Source of the DNA: Phoronis australis
Taxonomy: Eukaryota > Animalia > Phoronida
Reading direction: 5' to 3'
DNA: 40,207 nucleotides
Assembly: GCA_002633005.1 (NCBI GenBank)
Contig: NMRA01001205.1
Location: forward strand, 1 to 40,207
Position numbers and translations under genes: made by a program. The first letter of the stretch is position 1, and each line of letters begins with the position of its first letter. The notes beneath the pieces were generated by a model. The model was not told the origin of the DNA, did no database searches, and worked only from the letters and a program-made list of their open reading frames with translations. Below, piece by piece: positions 22,732 to 33,980 of the stretch.

Positions 22732-25184
22732 TATTGCTCTGTTGTCATAAAGTCCTCTTTTCTTACTCTTTGTAATTATAAGTTTTGATAACTTTTGACT
22801 TGCTGACTTTGTCCTAATGTCTTTAAATTAGTCAATTTCACGTGTAGGTTTAATATGTTTACAGACACATTAGGTCACTCTAGAATGGTCTTAATATTAG
22901 AGGTATGCCCGCAGATGAAATAAAAGCTGTTCAAACTCAAATAGGCAAGAAAATCGATTTTCTGGGATTGGCCTGGGCACAGATTGAACGTGCAATCATT
23001 GCAGTTGCTGTCTAACGCTCTGCTGTTGAACCCAAATCTACTCAATAAATAGTGGAGTGTTTTACTTCGTAGTTTCGCCCACGACTGTGGGGAAAGATTG
23101 TCTACTTTGAAACAAAATAGAGTAAGTTCTTCAGTTCAAAATATGAACAAGTTCAGGTAGCTAGTTGGTGGTTACCCTGGAAATCTTGTCGCAGATGATT
23201 GTTGTCCTGCCGCATGCCATATGTGAGCATCAACAACTGGCATTGAACCAAAGATGTCGCTGGACCACTAACACGAATGACACCTGAATCCGACGGAAAG
23301 TGATAAAAATCCTGGAAGTAGCCGTTTATTCTAGTGAGCATCCATCAAAATTTGATTCGCACACTTGTTTGATTTAGATGGAAAGTGATGTCTTTATTCC
23401 CGTACATGGTTTCATATTTTTTTCTATGGAAACAGGTTCACTAACACCGCCGAGTCTCTTGGCCCCCCGATGGCATTCCCCTTGAATTGGAATATTTAAA
23501 ACATTGAAAATGGTTTACAGTTACAGGCAAAGTGATTGTTGGTTATTTCAAGATTAGCTACCTGAAAGACTACTCTGTGTCTCTTGGTACTGAGCAGGGA
23601 AGACACGACTCAAATCTTTAAGAAGATGACAGACAACCGCGAAACACGAAACAAGCAAGTTATGTTCAGGGGTGTTTCTAAATTTTATCTTTTAAAAAGA
23701 TTTTATTTTGTAGACTCCAGCGTGCTCAAATTGCTTACATCGGATAAGCGTGTGTATGGATACAGGTAACTAATAGATGACAATTAATATTCACAGTGTT
23801 AGCATAAGCTGATGACACACAGTGGGACACGGCGGGTGTGAAATACTACAAACAATGACTAATGAAGGGGGGTAACAGGAACGTCACGCAAACAAGTGTA
23901 ACGTGTGGCGCGACCCTGTTTCAGTGCTGCTCATTCAAAACAGGCTTCTCATACACAATCAAAAGGGACTTCAATACTTTCAATCGCAGCACATCGTGCT
24001 CTACGTGCCGAAGTGACGTGCTTTCCACAATTTCTTGACGGGTGATTTTACTTTCAGATTAATTAAGAAAATCAAAAGCTTCCTAGAGCTAGTCCTTGTG
24101 TTATGTAACATGCGGTTACTGTGGCTCGTCAATAGCATTGATTTTAAGAACGATTGCAGTTTCGCCTGGCTGGCAGACTTCCTATTTTGGCTCCACTGCA
24201 CATTTGAAAACTCCCCCATAGAAAACATTTCGACCCATGAGAACATTTACATGTAGGTGCGGTCGTTTTCAACGTGCTTGAATGTTTCCAACCAGAGAAA
24301 CAGTTTCAATATCAGTCGAAATTCAGTACATATTGAAGACAATTGATGTCTTCGACAATGAGGTTAATAATTCCCACCCGGGAGGAAGGCTCGGTTGAAG
24401 TATTTCAACTCGGTGGAAGTGTTTTCTTGCTGAGCCTGGGAAAACATTTCCGAGCAGGGTGAATTTTTTACATCCTTATGGTAGAATGATGAAAGACCAA
24501 TAATACAAACAATGAGAATGAAGTGTTCGTTTTAAATCGGAATGTAAATTATCCAGCGAATTATTCGTGTTTCTTTTTCTAGCATTAGTCCTAGTACTGA
24601 GTCGTGATACAGCTTTAGAAAAATGACAAAATATCTGTTCCTCAACTTTAATGAAATATCCAATAAGTCACAGGATTATTTCGCAAAAAATAATATGTTT
24701 TTTTCATACAGAAAGTGAGCCCAGTACTATCTTAAATGTATGGACAAAGTCTATGAAGGCTACTAAATCATGATACAGCTATACATGTGGGTGGAAGACG
24801 AACACCCTACAAATCAAAAAAGTTAGAGTAATAAAATTCCCGATGATGATTAAATGAAAACTGTGAAGGAAAATTCATGAACATACTGTCACGGGAGCTC
24901 CTTTTTACCTTTATTCGAACAATGTGGAACAGAATCGAGTTATTCGTGTGTGTTGTTCCCTTCCTCGGCCGCTATGCTTTACTTTTCTAAGAAAACTGTG
25001 ACCCGGGGTCATGTTGCAATGTAACTGGCACGTCGTAAGACGCGAGGTTCTGGGGTCAAGTGCCAGTTTCAGGAAACTGTTCCTGGCTGTCCCGCCAATG
25101 AAATGAAATGAGGCAGTGCTACTTCGTAGTTCGGTTTTTCCGTTATGTAAAGCGAAGCATCATTTACAACCAGAGAGCCTGTTC

Positions 25185-26345
25185 CGCATTTTTTACGAAC
25201 TAATGATCTCGTAAGGTGTGACGTTTTCAGTAAAATGCGGAGTATGAAAGTATGCAGCAGGCACATGTAGGATGCAGTGAATTAATTATTCTGTAAAATG
25301 AAAAGTAATCACTCTGAGAGTTGCGACGAATTAATGATTCCTCAATATCATACGATTTACAAGTGCTATTGAAATCTTACAATCGAAAAATAAGAGAATC
25401 CTAGGGCTTCAAGAATTTGCAAAATGTGATCGTCGAGTATTCATGAACCCGCAATACGTGACGACTAAATGAACCTGTAAATGAAGTGATACACTCGTTC
25501 AGTTCCATAAATTTTTATTCCGTAAAATGAAACGATTTATTGTAATGCACCAATAGAATACCACGAATTATTGCAGTACAAGATGACACAAATAAATGAA
25601 TTCGTAAATAATATAAATAAATGAATCTAAAAATCTAAAATGCACCTACACCTGTAATTAACGATCAGTAAAACTGAGAGATGCCATGAAATAATCGGTG
25701 GAAAAATGCGAGTCCGTGAAACCAAAATCTCCAAGGCTACGTAAAGTATAGCTAATTACAAAATCATAACAGGCTGGGGATAAATGAATATGTGAAATGC
25801 AAGGAACATGAATCCAAAAAGTGCATACTAGGGCCTGAAAATGAAATAAGAATCCACAAAATGATATGAGTAACTGAACTTGCAAATCCTTTTAAGGATT
25901 CGCAAATTTGTTGCATTTTGCATTTCAAAAAATGCTATGAATTGGATAACCTAAGAAGAACTAACAAACCAATGAATTTGAACTATGCAAAAAATTAGCG
26001 ACTGCATAAAATGCGAAGAACGGGTGGATCCGTAAAATGCAACGTCTTATTGAACATTTGAAAAGGGACAATTTAACTAAACAGTAATATATACAAGCTA
26101 CAAATTAATTACACTTGCCGATCTGACTACGAATTAATCAATGGTATGGATTTTTGAGTCCAAATAATATAACGAGTTGTAGGCAACTGCAATTAATGAA
26201 TCCATGAAATGAGATGAATTATTGAATCGTCACGATGTTACGAACAAGTTATTTCGCAATATCGAGGAAACCTATGAATACTCAACATGCTATTTTAAAA
26301 AATATATAAATATCGTAACTACAAATGTACGACAAATAAGTGAAT
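25185..26345. repeat. Highly degenerate ~26-bp minisatellite, approximate consensus GAATTAATGAATCCGTAAAATGCAAC
   Basis: Recurring ACGAATTAATGA, AATGAATCC and CCGTAAAATG motifs over ~1.1 kb; consensus by eye. Confidence 0.6.
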
Positions 26346-28052
26346 AGTTGATTTTCAACATAGCTGCGCCATATTGAATTTCACTATCCCGCCAGACACC
26401 GATCAAGGTAGAGTTCAATACCTGTCTCGCGGCGAGAAAATTTAGCAGTACAAACTGTACTAAATCAAAAGAGATGACAGACTTGCAACAAAAACGCCAC
26501 CTATCCGTCAGTTATTTGAGGGACACCGACCCCTGAGGCAAATCTCTGTTCACATCAGGGCTGACGAACGACCTGTATCTAACGTCGTCATAGCCCCCAT
26601 GCTGTTTAGTTTTTAGAAGTATCCATTCATATGCAATTTCTACAAAGATGTCTCCGGTTTCTTCTGCGCAGGATCACATGTGACAGGATTTTCCATTGAG
26701 AACACTCATTCGGTATCCAGTATCTCTAAAAGGCGGGTTTATTGATCTGGATTGTATAACGACGTGGTTGTTGCACTTCGACGGCTTGGTTGAATTAGAA
26801 AATTTCGTCTTCACCAGTTTTAACCTGATAATTAATTCAGATATACTTCAACTAATTACTGATACAAGTTCTCTACTTACTCGTAGTTTATTGGAATGAG
26901 TGCAAAAACCCCTTCCGAGAAGTAATAGAATGACCGATTGAATTTTTCCCTTTGAGTGTGGACCGCCTGCTGTGTCAGATTGCGGCCATTTCCTTGTGGG
27001 CACTGTGATGAGATGGTTTCTTACCCGATACATGAAGGACGATACAGGTACGTAACTTAGTTATTAATCACACTTTGGTCTGGCTGATACTTGCTGTTAC
27101 AGTTCTCCACCTGTGACAACTATTTGGTGTACACGTCGTTGTAATACGAGAATATTGTAACAGTTGGCTGTATTTTAGTTGTACTCGTGTATTAGTGTTT
27201 GGGTCGTGGTGACGTACATTTATTTAAATGGATGTGTAGTAAATGTCGACGTCCTCCAGACTTTGCTCTTGCACCGTGTTAATAGGCCCGAACCTGTGTG
27301 TCTGTTTAGCCGGCCCCTTTTTTCTCATATATTACAACAGATGGATCTACCTATCATTCGCTTGCACCAGACGTTTGTTACTTGACTTGCTAGTATATTA
27401 GCATTGACTTTAACGCTCTTTCTAATCCTGACTAACAATCGCACCAACATACTAACTGGAGTCCTGATATATTAAGAAAGAATGAATAAACCCATGTTCA
27501 GGGTCAGGAAGTGCATGCTAAGGTCTTGTTAACTGAAACCCTCTGCATATATCACTACAGATGGGAGCGTATAGCCATTGCGTCCCAGATGCTATGCGTC
27601 CCAGGTTCCTTGTATCCCGGGTTCTATGTGTCCCGTTTTATGGATTTTAGGTTCTATGTGTCCCAGGTTCTTTGTGCCCAGAGTTCTACGTGTCCTGGTC
27701 TTTTGCGTTATAGCCACGGTACACTAATTAGGAGCTAAGCGGATGAGTGTGCAACTTTTAGCTACAATCACCATTTTAGACCCACATGACAATTTTGAGG
27801 TGCTTTTTTGATCGTGATATAGGGCAAAAATCGACAAATAATAACTGAAGTAACGTGTTGTTTTTACGCATTCTGCTCATCGGATCCTGAGTGGTCGTTG
27901 CCAGATCAAGAAGTGCCTCCTGGGATTTTCGAGTGCAAACTCACTTGCTGAAAATGCGCCTTTAGTTTGTTAGATTTTGGCTTGGTCGCAAACGACGATC
28001 TTGTGTCAAGTTGATTTTCTTGGCTGGTTGAGCACTGACCAGGGACACATAA

Positions 28053-28282
28053 AGCCGATTTCATAAAGGTGGTTTAAACTTAAACCTGGTTTAAACTGGA
28101 CTTAGACCAGGTTTAAAGATAATGTGCATTTCTTAAAGGTGGTTTAACTTTTAGACCAATGGTCTACTAAAACCCGGTTTAGCCTCAGTTTAGACCTGGT
28201 TTAAGTCAGTTTTCATTTTACCAACGAGGTATACATCTTAAACCAGGCTAAACTTTAGACTTGGTCAATCCCAGGTTTAATA
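28053..28282. mobile_element. Terminal fragment of a DNA transposon with multiple GGTTTAA/TTAAACC subterminal motifs (PIF/Harbinger-like?)
   Basis: GCCGATTTCATAAAGGTGGTTTAAAC start followed by many GGTTTAA(A/G), TAAACC and TAGACC repeats; family is an inference. Confidence 0.45.
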
Positions 28283-28752
28283 CTATTGAATATTGCAGAC
28301 TTGTACGATATAGGTGCAACTGAATTATGGTGTGCCTGTACGATGCAGTTTTAGAGCGAGAACGGACTATTTTCAATATATTATTTCAGGACGACACAAG
28401 AACAACTTGAAGCGTGGCAGGGGACCAAGAATTTTTAACTGAATGTGGGGGGGTTTGGATCAAGGATTTTTTGAAAGGAGGGTCTGCGACAACAATTTGA
28501 AAATTATGGATTTGATATCACTAAATTCAAGTGCAAAGGGGGATCCGGACCCCTTGAACCCCTGGATCTTCCCATACCTAGACCAGTACGTACTGAAGGG
28601 TGTCCTTCGGATTCCTTAGAATATGACGGTTCGAGCAGAGCGTCATCGTCCCAAGCGCTACGCGTATGACTAAAAAGGCATCTAATGATTATTCTGACGG
28701 ATTCTATCTCAATTGGTCCCCGATTTAAGGTTGCCAGGCAGGGGTCCTGCCA

Positions 28753-29049
28753 CAGTGGTGGATTTAGAGGGGGCCCCCGCCCTAAAATTCTCACAGATTG
28801 CATTTGCCAGTTCGGGGGTGCGAATGTCTGACGAGCAAAAAATTCCTGGCTAATACTCTGCCCTGGCCCCCCTAACTCAAAATCCTGGATCCAACCTGTA
28901 CCCACCCCCTTGGCCGCAAAAAAGTAAAATGACACGGAAATAATTGTGTGCCGTTACTATGAGCAAGTACTTTCATGTGTGCACGTGTGTTGTACACAGA
29001 CAATACACAATGAAAAATATCAACTCATGATATCCTAGATCTGCCACTG
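28753..29049. mobile_element. MITE with CAGTGG-type TIRs (hAT-like)
   Basis: CAGTGGTGGATTTAG (28753-28767) and CTAGATCTGCCACTG (29035-29049) are imperfect inverted repeats; no clear 8-bp TSD. Confidence 0.45.
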
Positions 29050-32000
29050 GGTCCCTCGCCGTTTTTCTGGGCATAATTTTTCTCTGATGAAATTTATTTT
29101 ATTTCTGGACTTTATTCTTCAGCAATATCTCTCCAAGCCTGCTGCTTACTTTCATTTGATTTGGCAACAATTTTCGTGTTCTTGACTACGATATTGGGTG
29201 TTACTCTGATCAGTTATGGGAGGGAACATTTTTCCTCGTGAGAAAAAGCTTTTAGCCCTTTTTCGCATATATCTGCAATCATTCCACTGCTGTGTGCCAT
29301 TGTGTACCCACACAACTACCACACCATGACACAAAGAACCGGGACACATAGAACCCAGGACACATCGGGATCGATGAGCCCTCAACAGATTAAGCAAGAC
29401 AATGGTTCTGTGATCGATTACTGCCGTGCAAGGGACAAAGATTTTCAATTAATCTCCGAGTGGCAAATTGAAACAATAGTTGATTTGTCACTTGTTTGTA
29501 AAATTATTAAAACACGTTTTTGTTTATTTACACGCTATACCCACACCCATGCACCAGCGACACGCTACGACACACGAATAACTAAAAAGGAACAAAGATG
29601 GAAGAAGAAAATTGAGAAGGTAATCTAACGTTGCTTGCGTGTTTTACTGCATTAGTAAGGTTCAAAGTTCGAACGCTCATAATACGGCAAATGAAAATAT
29701 TTTTAAAAAGGCATTATAAGGCCGACGGTTCACAAATCCGACAGAAAGAAGAACTAGTTAGTTTGAGAGTCCGAAGGTCTATGATACCAGAAATCAGTAA
29801 TTTAAAGTAATCGGCAGCTCACCATCAAAATTTTGGTAGCGATAAACCAAAATTTGAAAACTCGGTGCACATTGCCTAACTTTGTGTGGATCCATTTGAA
29901 AGGCACAGGAACATCGAAGAACTAGTTTCAAACAGGCGTGTGCATGTTACATAAATTCCTGAACGTTTTGCTTAAAATCACTGTTTAGAACGTAGCCGAG
30001 TCATGGAAGTTCTAATTAACGTACAGTTTTCGATAGATATTCGGAATTGTGTAGATCTTCAGATTTATGGATTGAGACTCGGTACAAACCTTCGGACCCG
30101 TGAATACCGTGATTTCGTAAACTCGGTCCACACTCTTTCTCACTTGTAGTTTTCACTTCAAGTCATACAGGGCTTATCGCTACTAGGGGATTTATTTCCT
30201 TTTGTTGTAGATTTTTAGCGACTTGGATATTTGTCAAACCAGTGGACTTTGGCTGACTAGTATACCATTAACATACGGGAGCTGACGTCAGGAGCAGTTA
30301 CAGTGTACCAAAGGTGCCGAAGAACCACTAACACAAAAGACACCAGAGCCAAAAGTTATGGTGCTGTTTAGTTGTAAACATCCTGGAAGTTGCCGTTTTG
30401 GACTACATGTCTGTACTCTTATGAACCATAAATATGACCTAACACTGGTTTGATTTGCAAAAGCGAATTGAAAACTCTACACGCCAGTCATCTTTCTTGA
30501 CGCATGTACACTGTTTTACACATGGTTTTAAGGTCCAATCTTTCAAAAAATGCTATTTTTTGCAAAAAAGGCACATTGATAGTAAGACAACGGTATTAAT
30601 AACAAGGTCAAACTTCATTTGATGAAAATGTTCTATACGTGATATCAAGGACACTGTTAATATTCTAAAATATTTTGATTACATTATGAACATCTATTTC
30701 TGAGATATCAACCTTCAAAGGTGGGAAATGCAGACGTTTTTCTCAAGGGTGGTAGAGGACGTGAACAAACAAGTCCCTGACCTCCCCACCGTTATCAATG
30801 AACCAAAGATGAAGGTCGACCACCAACACAAAGTGACACCAGATTCGGAAAGGTAAAAAATCCCGGAAGTTGCCTCTTCCATCAGGGTGCGCTAAGTTAC
30901 ATGGTGTCTTACGTGAAGAACGATACAAGTGTGTAGCTTTTGTTAATGATAACATTGTAGTCTGCCTGATGCGTGCAGTTAAAGTTTTCTACCCGTGACA
31001 ACGGTTTTGTCCATGTCTGAGAAATATTGTTCAAATATTCGCTGTATTTTGTTTTTGTACATGTAATTCAAAGGATAGATCTATCCTCCTATCAAATGCA
31101 TTTCCATTATTTTGCACAAGATATTTATTACTTGACTTGCTTTCACATTTGCGTTGACTTTAACGCGCTCTCTGATCCCACTAACAAGTACGCTAACATA
31201 CTAACACGAGCCCTAACATATCAAGAAAGACAGCATGACGTGTAAGGGTAACAAAATGCATTCTTATTAGTGTTACTAGAATTCCTCTGCAGATATCACA
31301 ACTAAATGGAGCTGAGCAGTGGTTGCCTTGCTCAAATTCTGCCGTCGGAGGGATAGTGAGAACTTTTCAATTAGCATCCGAGTAGGAAAACTGCTACTTT
31401 GCTGCTTGTGTGTAAATTTTATTCAGATATGATTTTGTATATAAACGCCATACCCATAACCCAACAATATGCTGCGGCCCACAGAGGAAGAAGGAATTAA
31501 GACGAAAATGAAGAAAGTAAACAAACATTGCTTGTGTGTCATATTGCGGTAGTATAAATTAGGTATAACTCGAAACTCTGAAGGTTCTCAAGTTCGAACA
31601 CCCATAATACGACAAATGAGATTTTTTTTGAAAAAAGTCCTATCGGGTCGAAGTTTCACAAATCCGACTGAAAGGAACGGTAGTTAAATCTGAAATAATT
31701 TGAAGATCTATGAGACCAGAAACAAGTGATTCAAAGTCATCCGCAGCTGAGTAACAAAATTCTAGTGGCAGTAAATTATAGCAACAGCTCACAGGATATG
31801 GCCGAAATTCGTTAGGATGTTTTCCAGTGATAGTAGCACTTAGAAGAACGGGTTTCAAGCAGGCACGTGCTTACAAACCCCAGAATATTTCGCTCAAAAT
31901 CACTGTTCACAACCTCGTGTCACGAAAGTTTGTACTTTTAGCTTTTGAACTAATGGACTTTGGGACTTCTTTGGATCTTCAGATTTATAGATTTGTAGAT

Positions 32001-33882
32001 TTGCAAACCTTCGGAAGCATGAAGACCGTTATTTTTTCACACCTTCGGCCCTCACAATTACATACTTGTAGTTGTTAATTGAGATGTTATAGGTTTTATT
32101 GCTTCTAATTGCTTGATCTTCTTTTAAGCTTATTGCAGATTTTTTTACCAACTTGGCCTTTCGTCGAACCACTGGACTTTGTTTGACTGGTATACCAAGA
32201 ACATGCGGGACCTGGCGTCTCGAGCAGTGGCAGCATACCAAATGTGCTCTAGGACAACTTACACGAATGACACCAGAGCCAAAAGTTATGGTGCTGTTCA
32301 GCTGTAAACATCCTGGAATTTGCCGTTTTGGACAACATGTCTGTAATCTTATGAACCATAAATATGACCTAACACTGGTTTGATTTGCAAAAGCGAATTG
32401 AAAACTCTACACCCCAGTCATTTGTCTTGATGCATGTACACTGTTTTACACATGGTTTCAAGACTCAATCTCTCAAAAATGCTATTTTGCAAAAAATCAC
32501 ATTGATAGTAAGATAATGGTATTAATAACAAGGTCAAACTTCATTTGATGAAAATAATCTAGACGTGATATCAAGGACACTGTTGATGTTTTAAAATATT
32601 TTGATTACATTATGAACATCTACTTCTGAGATATCAACCTTCAAAGTTGAGAAATGCAGACGTTTTTCCCAAGGGTATTAGAGGACGTGAACAACCAAGT
32701 CCCTGACCTCCCCACTGTTTTCTGTGAACCAAAGATGAAGCTCGATCACCAACACAAAGTGACACCAGATTCGGAAAGGTAAAAAATCCCGGAAGTTGCC
32801 TCTTCCATCAGAGTGCGCTAAGTTACATGGTGTCTTACGTGAAGAACGATACAGGTGTGTAGCTTTTGATAATGATAAACATTTTGGTCTGCCTGATGCG
32901 TGCAGTTAAAGTTCTCTACCCGTGACAACGGTTTTGTCCGCGACTGAGAAATATTGTTCACGTGTTCGCTGTATTTTAGTTTTGGTACATGTAATTCAAA
33001 GGATAGATCGATCTACCTATCAAATGCATTTCCATTCCTTTGCACAAGATACTTGTTGCTTGACTTGCTGGTACATTTGCGTTGACTTTAGCTCACTCTC
33101 TGATCCCTCTAACAATTACCCTAACATACTAACACGAGCCCTAACATACCAAGAAAGACAGCATGACGTGCAAGGGTAACAAAATGCATTCTCTTTGGTG
33201 TTAATTGAATTCCTCTGCAGATATCACAACTAGATGGATCTGATCAGTGGTTCCCGTGCTTGAATACTGTGTGGACCTTCACATTTATGGATTTGTGGAC
33301 TTGCAAACCTTCGGAAGCATGAAGACCGTGATGTCACACCTTCGGCCCTCGCTCTTTCATACTTGTAGTTATTAATTGAGATGTTATAGGTTTTATTGCT
33401 TCTAATTGATTGATTTCATTTTTTAAAAGCTTAAAAGCCCATTGAAGATTTTTTCCGACTTGACCTTTCAATGAACCACTGGACTTTGCTTGACTAGTAT
33501 ACCATGAACATGTTGGGCCCGACGTCGCGAGCAGTGGCAGTATACCAAAGATGCTGCATGACCACTAACACGAAGTGACATTAGAGCCAAAAGGTATGGT
33601 GCTGTTCAGCTGTAAACATCCTGGAAGTTACCGTTTTCGACTTCATGACTGTACTCTTACGAGCTATCAAGATATGTCCCAACACTTTTTTGGTTTGCAA
33701 AAGGGAAGCAAAATCTCTACACGCTAGTGGCATTCAGACATATGTATTCGTTGTCTACTTATTCACAAAGTAACAGGATGTTTGTGTGTTGTTATTGTTT
33801 ATGAGTTCAGCAGTTTAATTGGTATTAGGTCATGCGATTCCTAGTACTGGAAGGGTGTCATAGGTAATGCGTCATATGTTGT

Positions 33883-33980
33883 TATGTAGTTGGGTATATA
33901 TATAGTTGTGATATGTAGTTGGGTATATATATATACAGTTGTGATATGTAGTTGGGTATATATATAGTTGTGATATGTAG
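33883..33980. repeat. ~29-bp tandem repeat, ~3.3 copies
   Basis: ATGTAGTTGGGTATATATATAGTTGTGAT units read directly. Confidence 0.9.

Larger units (their letters stand above)
27570..29395. mobile_element. Foldback-like insertion with inverted minisatellite termini (GGTTCTATGTGTCCC)n
   Basis: Left array 27581-27700 and inverted right array 29328-29370 (GGGACACATAGAACC); the host array unit breaks at ~27570 and resumes at ~29400. Confidence 0.6.

Noticed and set aside
23153-23341. ORF with SDSGVIRVSGP resembling a cadherin strand
   Set aside because: No other cadherin motifs (LDRE, DxND); the sequence belongs to the tandem-array repeat family.
24330-24505. Possible degenerate palindromic MITE
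   Set aside because: Arm complementarity is too weak to support by eye.
25185-26345. CRISPR-like appearance of short repeats
   Set aside because: Eukaryotic context, degenerate head-to-tail units, no unique spacers and no cas genes.
28504-28935. 143-aa minus-strand ORF
   Set aside because: It runs across GC-rich MITE fragments and has no recognisable domain.
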